DNA of 64,000 nucleotides from Glycera tridactyla. Its lineage: Eukaryota. Both the position numbers and the translations under genes were made by a program. The stretch lies in NCBI GenBank assembly GCA_965644265.1, contig CBFFRO010000099.1, positions 1 through 64,000 on the forward strand, given 5' to 3'. The notes under the pieces were generated by a model. The model ran no database searches and was not told the DNA's origin. It saw nothing but the letters and a program-made list of their open reading frames with translations. This document shows positions 23,520 through 37,594 of this stretch, in pieces. The stretch's first letter is position 1; every line of letters starts with the position of its first letter.

Positions 23520-23740
23520 TTGATAATGATAATAATGATAATAATAATCATGATAATAATAATGAATGAAATGACGTAAAGCATCAGGGGAGTATGACCG
23601 AGAATTTGAGACATGTCCTTTGTGCGCGGCTTTGCCCAATTGACACAATGAATGAAGAAAATGATAATAATGATGGAAATGATAATGATTATCATATTCA
23701 GGATAATGATAATGGAAATGTCAGTAATGATAATAACCAT
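23520..23740. repeat. (ATA/ATG)n-rich low-complexity region
   Basis: Directly visible; explains poly-Ile and poly-Asn/Asp ORFs. Confidence 0.85.
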
Positions 23741-24086
23741 CAGGATGCTATTGCTTTACAAAATGGTGGTTGCTTAAGAAACATGACATCCCATGTGATT
23801 TAGTGCTGTATTTTCTTCTAAGTTACTGGGCATAAATGTATGGAAGTCAACTCTGGTCTGCTCTGATATTTGAAAAAATATTGAACACAAATTTTGCACC
23901 GTTTTTCTCGGTCACATAGATTTCGTATCGAAGAGTATTTGAACATGTAACTGTGATCCCATGATGCAGTTTTTTTAGTAAGTTTCAAGGTCAAAGATGC
24001 ATTCGTATCTCTTCGAGAAACAGCTTGAGTGGTAATATCGGACAGTCATTCTATGGCTGTATCTAACCCCAAAGAGTTCAGGGATA

Positions 24087-24248
24087 CTGGGAAACCTGCG
24101 ATGAGAGACCACGCTAAATGTCACCAAAAAGCGGTCTCTTCAAAGAAGCAGTCTCTAGTCAGAGGTATATTTGACCTTGTCAGATAGAAAGGCTGCCCTT
24201 ACGATGGGGTCTCCTGTTGGAGGTGGTCTCTTGTCACAGGTTTCACCA
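24087..24248. mobile_element. TA-target MITE, same subfamily as 8643-8819, opposite orientation
   Basis: GAGAGACCACGCTAAATGTCACCAAAAAGCGGTCTC is the near reverse complement of the 8643 element interior; TA flanks. Confidence 0.8.
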
Positions 24249-27200
24249 TACTTTTTTCTGCGATATGTGACTGCCGGTCTTAGATTTGACGGATGTTACT
24301 GGTATTTATCACTGTTTGTGTGTGTTCCCCTTAGCTGCTGTATACATACACGACGCCTTGCTCTACGATCTGTCCTTTTGGATCAATCCATCTCATTAGC
24401 ATGCATGATCATGCCTGCCAATGCCCAATAGTGGCTATTTGAAAGGATAAGAGACATTATACAAAAATCCATGATCATTGAATAAATATATCTCATTCTA
24501 AGGCACTAATCCCAAGTGAATTATGGTGATTTTATTAAACATCGAGATATTTTTGCTTTTTTGCCACCAATCAATCATGTAATTGCAGAGATGCTAACTA
24601 TTATATTTTTGTCGTACCGATGACTTCGGTCAAAATTTTGGCATCTGTTACATCAAATAATGAATTTTAGTTCTTATTTGGTCGTTGCTAATATTGATAT
24701 GTCCATCAGTATTGTTAGGACATGACATCATTATGATTTTTGGCTTATCTAAAGTTGGAAATCCTGTAAAATTTTCACTAACGTGAAATTTTATTTGTAT
24801 TTGATTTAATTCAGAAAGAGCAGGTACAAAATGGACCATATTTCCCTGAATAGTGATCATGAAAGTATCTCACGAGATGGGATACTTCTACATTGCAAAC
24901 TTTCTGGTTCACATCATCCAGTACTCAGGGTTTGTGAGAGTGATGACTACTGGGGACGGAGCGTCAAACTTGTATTGATCAGGAACACATGGCATAGGTA
25001 ATCTTTTTATTTGATCATGCCATGAAACATCAATCAAACTACATACAAAGGAATTAAAAAGTATGATCATATCCCGCTTTGACCTTGATATGTGTTAGAG
25101 AAGAGCCTGTGAACTCAGGGACCTTTACAGATGGTAGAGCATCGGTGGTCACCTATGTATATAGCCATCCCCTAGCCCTTGACTAACAACTGTGTTTGCA
25201 GACTTCATCCATATTTGTTTGTTACTGACTTCATCCCCCTTTCTTGACTTCCCCCCCCCCCTCCCCTCTTGTATATTTGGGTGTTTGTTTTGCATGGTTA
25301 ACCCTTTCATTTTCTTGTTTCCATCCACAGAGTACTTCACACCCACCAGTGCAATTCATTTGTTGTCGGGGGGGAGTGTCTTGTCAATTTCGATGGCACT
25401 CATTGTTGTTTTAGCGAGGTGCAAAATGGCTCATCCTGATTTGTGGTCTTTGCAATCATTTATTTAAGCTATTCCATCAATCTTGAAATTGATGAAATGG
25501 ACTGAGTTTGAGATTTGTTGCTAGTCTGGTATTTCCTCCTAAGTTTCCGTAGGGCCATCTTGGTATACCTATTCAAAGAATGCATCGTGACTGCTGAAGT
25601 CTGAACTGGAAGAATTAGTGAAATTAGTTGGGTAACACTGACAGACAAACAGACAGAAAGGCCGACAGGCAGACTGTCACTGACAGATGGGGGGGGGGGG
25701 GGGAGCAATAGAAATTCAACAATATGTACATGGACCATAGATAAATCTGCGGATACCAATGCAGACTATAAATCTGTCTCCCGGAGACTGATTTATTCCG
25801 CATTTAGGACATAAAATAGCATTAGTAATTGTATAATGTATTCCCCGACGGTGTGGATCAGAGACAAAGTTTGATGTCCCTCACAACAGTTTGATAACAG
25901 AGATGCGATTGTCGTGCAGGTTCACAGATTTCCATGTACTTGTTCCTGATCAGAAATGCAGCCGGCCATACATATGAAAGAAAAGAAGGTTTCTCGCTGC
26001 TTATTTTGACTTTTAGATCATGGAAATCAGACCAGAATTAGCGGAGATAGAGGACAGAATTTGCAGGAGATATAACCGAGTCCTAGCAGCTGTTAGTTGA
26101 CAGGTATAGGGGCCGGCTTGATAAATTCTTGGAAATGATTGCCCCAGGTAGAATTTCAGGGTTTTCGGTTGTTTGCCAATCATATCCCTGTTTGCAGTTT
26201 CAGTATGAGATGGATATGTATCATGGATTAAGATAATCATGGAATTGAAAATTGTGCAGGAGTGTTTCTGTTTTGATATTAGTGGTAGTTGTATGAACTA
26301 TTCCAGTTAGAAATGACCGTCTTCCAGTGATATTTGAGCAATCTAGTAGAAGAGTTTTGCCATCATGATCTATAGTCTGGTACAAATAATGTCTTATGCA
26401 CCACATATAACTCCACCCAGGTTACTCAATGTTCACTCAACTAACAACCCACTCAACACTGGGCATCACCAGCACTGACAGCATAACCACACTCGTTCCA
26501 TTGTTTCATTCCTGAATAAGAGCGAACATATTTGTACCTAGACCCGGTAATCGGGGCAATACTGTAGATTAGGAGGGTGCATTGTCCACTAGAATTTTCA
26601 TGAAGTTTGGATGGCTCAGTCAAAGAAACGGCTCTCTTCTACGCAGAATTTCAGAAATCAGGGCTGAAATCGACAACAGGATACAAGATACCTGTTCCTA
26701 CCTAGACTATGTGTTTGGTCTCGCACTGGCAATTGAGGTCTCGAATCCATTAGAAGAAATGTATTCATATCTTAGAATGTAATTCGTACTTCCAATGGTC
26801 TATCATGAATAACTACCTCCCATTGCATTGCCATTTCAAAAGTGTATCAATTAGATATGATTGCATCCTTTAGAAGCCAGTGTATTTTGTTGATCAACCC
26901 AATCTGAATATGAATAATTTTCATGACTGATTTGATGTAGTGTGAGCTTATATCAAATATTGCCCTGCCCCGAGTCAGATTTGATTACCTTTTGATTCCT
27001 GAGTCATAGTTCCAAAAATTTGATGCAGAAGCTATTCCTGGAAATATTATGAAAGTGGTGTGGTACTGGTAGAAAATATAGAGTGTTGATATAATATTCG
27101 CAGGATCTGTCTGTGTGGTGCACGGCATGCCGTTCCATATGTAGTATGTGTAGCTGTCATACCTCTGCATGCAGACTAACAATTCTGCAAACCTGTCCTG

Positions 27201-27596
27201 AACTGTTCGTTGTTCATGTACGACTTTATGAAAGTCATCAAGTTCTGTATAGTATAGAGTCTCCATTGAGTGTTCTGCACTTGACCATTGTGGTATTCAC
27301 AATCGTTGAACATCATGATTATAAGTCCAATTGGTGGTACACAAAACTAAAGAAGAGTTAACGAGAAATCGGATGTACTAGTTCTCTTTTTCAACCTTAA
27401 TCTCGCTTATAGGTGTGACTAGCTTGAATTTTTCGTTTATATGAGCACGTTGCAGATATAAATTCCATTCCAGTATTTGGCTGTTCGGTCCTACCACCAA
27501 TGTAGACAATATGAAGTCTGTGGTATAGTGAATACAACTTACCATGAAAAGATATAAAATATAATGAGTAGCTCCATCATATTGAAGCAGTCAATA

Positions 27597-27804
27597 GGCC
27601 TATTTGACTGGACAGTTTCCGTTGAGTGGGCATTGCAGGACTTAACGGTTGTAGCCCAGCCGGATGGGTTTTGTTTAACGAGTTCAACGTAGTCAAATTA
27701 CCGTTGAGATTCGTATGCAATGAAAAAGTGTTGGGTGCCACCTGAATACGAAAAGTGCTCAACAGCCTGGCCGTACTCAACGAAACTGACCAGTCTAATA
27801 GGCC
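27597..27804. mobile_element. MITE with ~30-bp TIR and TA TSD at the left edge of the tandem array
   Basis: GGCCTATTTGACTGGACAGTTTCCGTTGAGT versus reverse complement of right end GGCCTATTAGACTGGTCAGTTTCGTTGAGT; TA on both sides. Confidence 0.9.
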
Positions 27805-28214
27805 TATATACACTGTCCTCTGCTGTTGATATCGAAAGAATGCCCATTTCTTCATGAGCTGTACAACATGGACCCGATGAGATAGCTGAGGAATAGCTCT
27901 TGCGACAATGATGTTTGGAACAGCATCCAGACATGATGATGACGTCAAATTGCTTTTCATGTTTAGAGAGCCAACCAATTAGTTGCTACTTTTGCTTGTC
28001 TTTCTCATGATTATTTTTCATGATCGTGGTCTCTGCCCGATAGAACATGGATTGAATAAGAGACCGAATAGTGATCGCCATGTGAAGATTTGATGACTCA
28101 AGAGGAGCTGGCCTTCAAGTTGCAGGTCCTTTCTCATGCAGCGGTGCTTTTTGGGTAGTATGACCTTAGAAATGCTTTATATTCATGTGTGTGGTGTTTC
28201 TGATGTGTTTTCAG

Positions 28215-28437
28215 TGATGAGCCTGACTTCAAGAAGAGTCAAGGGTCCGTGGAGAGTGGTGGCCTGGGATCAATGGGCGGAAGCGACGAAGACAGTATGG
28301 CCGATTACGACACGGAGGTGGACCCGGGTAAGTTCAACGAGGACGGGTCCTTTATTGGCCAGTACGGCGGCAAGACGAAGAAAGAAGAGAAAGAGCCCGA
28401 TGCCGCCTCCCCGTCTGCACTCTCCACTTTTGTATAA
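28215..28437 (+). CDS. Nrg: L1CAM-family terminal coding exon, copy 1
   Basis: GTGTTTTCAG acceptor; phase 2 matches exon 7522-7609; encodes (T)DEPDFKKSQGSVESGGLGSMGGSDEDSMADYDTEVDPGKFNEDGSFIGQYGGKTKKEEKEPDAASPSALSTFV*, with DS(M)ADY and FNEDGSFIGQY L1 signatures and T-F-V PDZ ligand. Confidence 0.97.
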
Positions 28438-31400
28438 TACACCATCCACTCTGTGGCCCCCCTTGATATTATCGAGTGTCCGAAGCAGATGCTGTTTTCG
28501 TGGTTGAGTCTACATCAATGTATCTGCTTGCGTGGATGTGTGCCAGTGTGACAAAATGCTTGCAACCTGCTCCAGTGACATGTGCCAATCTAGACACAGA
28601 AACAAGTGCAATATGGAGGTCCGTTTCATTTCTGGAAGCTGCAGTCTTCATGGTCATTCGTGGTGGTTCAGAGGTCGACAAGCACCATTATTTTCCGTAG
28701 GAATCGAGAGATTGGAAGTGCCGGTTCATCAGATGGCTTCGAGATAATCGCTAGTGTTCCTTCGTTCATTGACCGTGAAAATATTTCAGGCATTTGTGAT
28801 AATGTAACAATGTCAGGTCATCTTGGTCAGAAGGTGCTAGCCAGTTTCGAATCGACAGGGATTGAGCAGCTCTCAGGGGACCTCCTGGACCTTCAAATCC
28901 ATCATGTGGGTTAAACCCCGAAATGTACTTGCCAGGACTGAATCTTCAAATCATTGAGCGAAAGAAAACATCACAGGAATCTGCAATGAACACTTAACCG
29001 GTGGCATGTGCTGGATTTGCTTCGTGCTGTTTTGACTCGTATTCAATTTCGTGTTTGTGTGCGTAACTTTAAGACGTCCTGGTCTGACAGAAGCTGGAGC
29101 AGTCATAGTCGGGGGGCAAGAGGTCAGCCCGTCTCATACGCAAACCAAAGGAAGCAGACATTACCAGATCTGAGATAGGAAAATGACTGATATTGGTCGA
29201 TGTTGGACCACGTAAAAATTTCTGCTATTCAAGGTGGACTTGTTAGGAGCATTGATGCTGTGTAGAAACGGCCGAGAGCAAAGCAAGTGACAATGCACCT
29301 TTAGTTGGCCTAAGAGTGAATTCTTAGCCATCGCTTGTTTTCTGCAAATCCTGGTGGTGAATGATGCTTCTTGTCAAGCATGCAGTGGTCGGTAGATGAT
29401 TGCATGCCTGCCAAGATACTCCAGGCATTGTCACCATGATTGGAAAAGAATTGATGTCCGGGAATTGACACTTTGGCCCTTTAGTTTTGATCTGACGTTT
29501 GCTTCATTGTGCATCTAGCATGGTTTCTGTTGATGAGTTATAGTATTTTGTTTGTGCTGAATAGGATCCCGAGTCATGGTATCAGCCACTCGTGTAACAG
29601 TGGCTGATTGTGCATGTATGGATGGTGGTGAATACTCATTCTTGGACCGTAGCTCAAGAAATTTCATGATTCGTTCCTATCCGATCTGTTAATTTTATGA
29701 TGAGGTATTCCCGAATGGGTGTACTTATATGTGTATACTTGACCACAAAATCCTCTCTGTTTGAGCAAGTAAATTCTTGACTTGCAAGCAATCTCTAGTT
29801 TCTCTTGAGATATGCTTTGATTATCTACTTCACTCCAGAACAGTGATGTTTGCATATTGTTTATCTGGAAGACAGTAAGGATCCTTGATGATATCTCTTT
29901 TTGATTTGACATGCAATCAAAACAACTATATTTAGATATACATTTGTCACTGGCATCTTGGTGTTCTATTCAGCACTCACGGAAAATATACTCACTATCA
30001 TATTTTTTGAAATAAAGTTGCCTTATATTTTTTGAAACTGTGCTTCAACTATGCATGTGGTACACACTTTAGTCAGATTTTGTTCCTGTATTAGCTTTAT
30101 GAAAGCGCCATCTAATGGTGGGACTGAGGAGAGATTAATTATGCTGCTTGGTCTAGAGATGGCGCTAGGTGTAGTCATGAGTCCATTATTTTCACTGGTC
30201 CCCCTATGTCTGTTTTCATGCCATGTGTGTATTTCACTGCCAAAACCCATCATCATACGTAGAACTGTACATAGACATTGTGAAGGTGTGTATGCAAGTG
30301 TGAGCTTGAGCGTGAGGGTATGCGTGCAATCGTGTGTGCTTGAGCATGTGTGTGAGTGATAGATGGGTGCTTGCATAATCACACTTACAGTACAGTGGCA
30401 ATATGGGCCATAGCTGAATCTTGCTTTTTAAACGTGCTATAAGATCACACCATTTGTTATTGTCACTTAGGAATAACCTCTATGGAATCGTGTAAGGTTG
30501 TAAGCAGCATAGTATCTCTAGAAGAGGGAGCATATCAGCTCGGTATGATGAAAGAAAATGCATCAAATCTGCATCAAGTTGACAGAATCAAAACCAAAGT
30601 TTACTCACTGCACAATCTGAGGGAACATCATAAGTAATAGTGGCAGATTTTGATGGATAAAGGCAAATGACTCTCGCACTGTTTTCTCTGTCTATGTCAA
30701 AAGTGGATTTCTCTTTTTGAATGATGAGTGAGATTGGAGAAACCAACCTGATGGAGAGAGAAGTGATAGTTTTGCAATGGGCCAGTTCAGGTGTGAAATC
30801 AACTGATCCACAAAGTGTATTAAAGAGAAATACTGGTCACAAATATGGGACTGGAATGTCAATCGCTGAAATGTGTATATTCGAACGATTACAGTGTTCA
30901 TAGCAGGACAAGACAGTCGATGAATAATATGGAATGTGCAGTTGTCCATGTATTATGTGAGTGTTGTGGGATATACAAGGGTATTGTTACTTGTTCTAAA
31001 TAATTCAAGTTGCAGTGAAATGTGTCTGCTTGCATCGCTGTCTTTTGATGACCTCGTGACATTCTCTGTCATGAGAGAACATAAGAGTTGACAACAGTTT
31101 CATATAACTTGCCATTGAAATTTATGACCAATTGCTAGCTGTATGTGGATTGGCGTGTACAAGTAAATGTCTGGTTAGGCGAAACAATTATCCTGATTAT
31201 TTATTAATGTTTTTTTGTTTCTCCTAATGATATTAAAATCGTAATTCAGTTCACTGTTGCATCACCATGGAAAGATGACATTTCAAAAGATTGATGATGA
31301 TGAATAGATGAACAGATAAATGCATATAGAAATAGATAAATCGAAGGACAGTTTGATGAAGATAGTCAGAAATTGTTTGTTTGGGATTTTTTTGTATCAT

Positions 31401-32804
31401 TGATTACATGCAATGGACCTGTGAGATGGCAAAACTTCTCCCTTTTGGTAACCCACTGAGGAATTATGGCAACATACATCCATGGCTGGGACCATGTCTG
31501 ATTTCGAATGATAACAATTGAAATGTGAAATAATAATTGCGCAACAGGTCACAACTGGATGGATTTTTTGAGATCCAATTGAGTCTTCCTGACGGCTTTT
31601 AGATTAGGGGCATGGTGGCTGTCAACCACTTGCTTCATGTGTCCACCTGTTTTGTGTCCTCAGGTGCCATCTGGCTGGATGTTTCAGAACAGATGATTTT
31701 TAAGAATATGTGGCATCATATTCAGAATGTAGCTTCAATTTATCAACATTTCTGCTTTCTGATTGTTCAGTTGCTTTATTTGCCTTCGCATTCACATCAT
31801 CTGATGTCAGGTGAATGTTTTTCTTTGTTATCTTCAGTCTGTTCATTTAATGATTTGCACATTATATTATCAGTATTTTGTTTTTCATGAACAAAGGTGC
31901 TTGTATGCCTGGCCCATGTCAGTTTATATTTGAGTAAATATGAGTTTGTACTGTTATTTGTAGAATTTGTATTATACCAGTCTGTTGTTCAGCCGGAACC
32001 ACTTCATGACTCCATGTCATGCATTTGAACAGAGAAGAATCAGGCATGGTTGCTCGAATCACTGCTATTTTAACCAATGATGCTGACAGATTTTCTGTTT
32101 CCCTACTCTCTTGTGTTCAGGGTCTCTGCAAGTGACAATGCCGAGACCCCCAGTAGGTCTGGAAGGCATGGCATACATAACCATCAGCTTGATTCATGCC
32201 ATTAAACTCTAACAAACCAACAAACGGTATCTTATTACAATACAAAGGATATTATCTTTGGGTAGAATGCAATCAAGACGGGGAAGGTCTCAGTAGAACA
32301 TCTGTAATGCACGACCACAAGGTATAATGCCAGAATTTGAATTTCATGACAAAGATTGCTTGGTAGCTAGTCAGTATAAGAGGACAATCAGAAACCAGTC
32401 AGCGCTTTCGTGTCAATTTCTGCAGGATAAGCCAACTTACCTCATATTCACATTACGTTTACTGTCCAAAATCATCAATATAATCAGAGAGAGTAAATCA
32501 TGATCATCGATACTGTCCTATGTACAAGTTAAGAGTATACAGTGGGTTATTTGGGTATGGCAGCAGAGTTCTGGTGGCCATCTTTGTGTAGTATACCATT
32601 AAAGTGTGTTGCTTTGTTCTGAGTCGATGCTGCCATCATCCGGCAGTCGTCTTTTTTGGTGGCTTGTGTGTACCATACTAGTCATCTCACTATATTATGA
32701 GAGTCATGTATAAAAAAAGGAACTGAATCTGTTTATTTTGATATCTGTATGTTAAATGTTGAATGTTTTACTATGATGGAAAGATGTCATCATTCAGATT
32801 TGTC

Positions 32805-32810
32805 AATAAA
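32805..32810 (+). promoter_or_regulatory. Likely distal polyadenylation signal, copy 1 (proximal AATAAA also at 30011-30016)
   Basis: AATAAA after AT-rich UTR-like sequence, followed by GT-rich sequence and a (GT)n tract at ~32906; implies a 3'UTR of ~4.4 kb. Confidence 0.55.
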
Positions 32811-34834
32811 AGATGTTTGTCCGACCAGTGTCTCTGGTTAGACTGTATGAACATGGCTGCTTATTATAGTATCTTTGGTGTGGTTGGTGCATCGGAGTGA
32901 GCTGAGTGTGTGTGTGTTTGTGTGTGTGTGTGCATGTATTCATGAGTGAGTATATGTCTGAGTCCAAGTGTGTGTACAGTTTGTGTCTTGCAGCTAGTGA
33001 CGAGCCATTGTATCATGTTCACTTTGTTTATGGGGACATCTCGACTCTTGGAGTGTTGTCTGAATCGTCATCGGATTGGAACACTGCTAATTATTGTTTC
33101 ACTTGACGACTGTTAAACCCAGTGAAGTCAGACCATATGGAATGCAATATCACCTACTATCAGCATCAAATATGCAGCCACAAAAAAGCATGTTTGTAAT
33201 GGGCGCCCTCTAATGTTTAAGCCACCAATCCCACAATGTTGTGAAGAATCTAGACCTCGGATTGGGATGATTATTCCCTGTGATTCTGACAGGTCAGTAC
33301 AGGAGAGATGGTCAGTAACAAAAGTGTCCAACATAGCCCATGCTAGTTGCGCAAAAACAGCATGGTAACAGTATATGTAGTTACTATATCACTCCGGTAT
33401 GATTACAATGGTTTCAAGATTTAGTGCAATCATCATAGTTTCCAGTCATTGCAATAATAATCATTGCCTTGGTATGGTTTGAATACTATGGTAGTAACCA
33501 TCACATGAGTTAATCAAACATGGTTTTCCAATATCTGGAGGATAATCTTGTTGAGCTGGCTATGATAATATAGTGCTAGTTTTGGGTAACAAGATGTATT
33601 GATGATAAGGATTGTTGGCCGTAGGTGATGTTTCAATCAATCTGTGGTTTCAGTTTGCTGGGTTTATTGATGTCTTAATTTACCATAGACACTTCTAGGG
33701 TGAGCCGTGTAATGTGGGAATCTTGATGAGTGCTTGAGTCACAGAGTATGAGCTTGATTAGGATAGCTGTATTTATTCTTGCAAAGTGAGTCTTTGCGAG
33801 TGGTGCATCCACCCGCACTTAATCCGATGCTTTCACTTGTTGAAAATAAAATTTGTGCTTACTCCATATTGTGTGCAAGTGTGGAACAGATATGTGGCTT
33901 TTGAATATAAATATATATGACAGCTAGTGCGTGGGTGTGTGGAGTGAAGAACATTGCAGTCATAATGATGTCTATGTATTTGGCTGTATACTGAGAGTAC
34001 ATTGCTTGTGGCCCATTCTTTTTCGCTGAACGCTGGTCTGATTGCAAGACAACAGACCATATCAAGCACCTTGTTATGATACCATTGCATGCATGTGCAT
34101 GTAAGAGAGAGCCAGCCACTGTCCTCAAGAAATGTGTACACATACTTATCATCTAGGGAATACTGTATTTTGATTCAAATCGGCTTGAGTGTGTTTTTCA
34201 CCTTCCTCCTCTTCTGTGCGATGTTTCGTTCACCAACTTACAAAATCGAGCATGGATTGAAGGTGTATTTCATTTGTCTTCTCAATCCATGTAATGCCAC
34301 ACTAAAATCTTTGACCCAAATTATGTTTATCATATTTGTGATAATTTTTACTGTGTCCTCTTTCTCTTGAATCCCATTTTGATGCTTTGTTAATCAATGT
34401 TGGGAGGCAGATCTGCTTGTGAGCGACTAGTGGATAGCTTTTGATAGTCAATGGTGGTGTACATGTTGTCCGATGCACAGTTGGATTTGGTTGCCCTCTT
34501 CACTGTTGAAGATGAATGTATCAGAGGTAATTCACTGATTATTAGATTGAGAATGATGCCTGTAGAGCATCCAGCTTTCATAGAACACTGAGCATACATA
34601 ATCCTTCATGTTGATACAAGCCATTAATCCCCTAACCAAACAAGGGTCAGAATGAGAAAGGGATAATGCTTTGCAAGAGCTTTGGTGCCATCTCTAGCCG
34701 TTTGGAAGTCTCAAACATTGTCTGTTCAATCATCCTCTGTGCTGTGAGCATCATTCCATAAAAGTCTGAAGCCAGATAGTCTAATAGTTGAGTTTGGTCC
34801 ATAAGAGCATATGATTTTAATGCAGTGACACTGT

Positions 34835-34985
34835 TTAATGAGTGAAGACAAGTGGAAATAAGCCTTTGGATTTGAAAGCAATGGAAAGCTGGACATTAAT
34901 TCTGATTATCAATATAAGCGAAGACAAGTGGGAATAAGCCATATGGTTTTTAGAGCAATGAATAACTAGACGTAATTCTGACCAT
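34835..34985. repeat. ~76-bp degenerate minisatellite (about 2.5 units at 46266-46460 and 58009-58205; shortened here)
   Basis: AAAGCAATGGAAAGCTGGACATTAATTCTGA recurs at 76-77-bp spacing (46273, 46349, 46426). Confidence 0.8.
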
Positions 34986-37594
34986 GTTGATGAGAGAATA
35001 CAAGTGGTCAGCCTACTCTTGCTGACGCTAATTGGCAAGAGGTTTCACATCATGGCCTCCTAGTAATTGTGTTGACTGTTGGTGAAAATCAGCCATGCAA
35101 GAGAATCATTTCAAAATCAGCCATGCAAGAGAATCATTACTTTTGGATGGGTGAGACGCAATAGGTTTGATATTGGTGTAATTCCATATCTTTCAATTCT
35201 TGTTCTAGTTATCACTATTCACCTCTATCCTTACATTTGATTGTGTGATTGTTTTGGAACTGGTTGTTGGGCATTTGGTGCATCAGCTAATACACTGACT
35301 TCCTTTAAGCTGCGGATGATGTGGATCAAGCCTTGGCATCATTATTCCACTAAATATTTGGTGTGGGGCAGGTTACGGGTCGTTGCTAGCCGACAATGCA
35401 CCATTTGTGGCCCCAAACCAATTGCATCCTTGGATGGCATAAGCCATAGTCATCTCCCTTCAGTGATTTGCCACTCAGACACACCACCTTGGTGAGGACC
35501 TCAGCCATCTCAAATTCATTATCAGTATTGCAAATATTTTTGTTCAACTTATTGCTTATGGGTATATCTGTTTTGATAAGATAGTGACACTGCTCATCCG
35601 AGTCAACAACTGACATTCAAGTTGCTATAATACTCATATGATTATTTATTGATGAACAGGTGCCATTGTATCTCATTCCCAATACTCGTCATCATTAGTT
35701 GGCTTGATGTGTATCTGGTGGCATTCACTGATGGCATCACCTTCACCTGCATCCCCATCAACCGCCTGATGCCCAGCATCCGATTCATCCTTTGCTGGAT
35801 GAACTCAACTCGATCATGATCCTATGATAGATGTGGAAGCTTCATGCCATAGGATTATGGAGTGAAGTGAACTTCTTTCAGCAATGGATCGAATCACGAA
35901 CCATCTTTTCATCAGGGTTTATGTTACAGTTGAACACATTTTTTGAGTTTCACATAAGTTTGTAATGAATCCTCCTGTCCTTCCAAGAGAAGGACTTTGA
36001 TTAAAGCTTTCCTCGTTATTTTGTATGCCACTGATGTATGTTGAATAAAATTTCATGTATCAAAAAAGGCAGTGTATGTCTTTCGTGTTCTCTTCCAAGG
36101 TATGAGTGTGTGAAATGACATGTTGGGAATTGTATATGCATCATCTTCCTTTTTTCTTCTGGCAATCAGGCCTGATCACAATAATTGAACTGGATGAATT
36201 TGATAGTAGAATTTCAACAACCAATGGGGACCCAGATGGAGAAGTCTTGAATGATCCAAATCCATACTAATTGCACGGGCATCAAGAACCTTATCCTATG
36301 AATTTAATTCAAGGCCGAATTTTGAAGTTTCTCGAATAATTCTCTTCGGAGGACCAGTAGAGATCTGAATAAGGTACATTGAGAGCTATGTGATATTCTT
36401 TACAAACAGATTCCAATAGCCCTTGCTGCTCGCTCGATTGACAGCAGCATGCATTCTCTTGCAAAACGTCAACAATTGTTAGCTGCAACTGGACACCCTG
36501 CTGCATTTGGGGCCATTGGACTTGAGTTCATGTTAGAATGGAACAAACATCCAAGGGGATGCAGCATGAAGCACATATGACACTGGATCAGTGCCCTCCT
36601 ATACAGCCAATTTCTGAGCCTACAAAGAACTATAAAAACAAATTTCATGTAACATCGCAGTATGATAATGATATAGCTGGAAGAACAGGGATACGAACAA
36701 GAAACGCTAGAGCTTGCTCCCAAACTAAGTTTCCAAGACATCCAGGGAAAACCTGCTGATGAAGATGCCTGGCAATCTAAAACAAATGTGACAAAGTCTA
36801 AATTATAGAAACAGGACGACTACAGAATTCTCCACAATGATAAATGAATACACAACATCATAGAAGATGGAGAAGATGGAACTGAATCTACTAACTCATG
36901 AGTTTTTCCCCCATGAGGGAAAATAAGACATATTCACCCATTGTATCGTGACAACATATACCAAGTACCTATTCACACCTGAGTGAAGTAATGTGATGGT
37001 CCCATTCAGTGCTGTCCACACACATGCAAGTACCTCCTGTGCAAGAAGTACAGATCCTATAGATCTGTGTGATGGTGCAGGTATGTTACTGAATGGTGAA
37101 CCTTGTCCATTTCGGTCACCCATCTGAGGAGGAGTCCTGTGTCAGGTTGCCGAAACACCATTCAGTGAACCGGCTGTGAGAATAGGGTCAATAGATATTG
37201 AATCATGTTGTCAGCAGTTTGTGGTTTACCACTCCAAATACGCTTCTCTTTTTCATAATTACGAACTCTCACCTCTAAATCCATTGAGGGCCCAAGAGGC
37301 AGTATCAGTGACTTGAGCAACTAGATTTCACACATTCAGATAGCATGAGTGCCACAGTATAGCCCTGGTGGTGCAAAGAAGATGGTGAGTAACTGATCAA
37401 TCCACATTCTCATGAAGGTACTGTTGTGCTGATGTATCACAAGATTTGGTTGCCGAGTAAGATCTCTGTTACTGTCTGAACAGTCAGACCTGCTCGAGAG
37501 ATCACCTCCTACCTGCAAAGATGGATCACCCTGAGTTGCAACATGACATTATTCTCTACGGAAAACAACCTCTATCACTGGCACAATGCCTGTA

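Noticed and set aside
23970-23977. CAG|TTTTTTTA|GTAAGT
   Set aside because: 8 nt, no upstream pyrimidine tract or AG-free zone
28469-28914. Several 70-100-aa ORFs repeated three times
   Set aside because: They lie in the 3'UTR; recurrence reflects the duplication, not coding conservation
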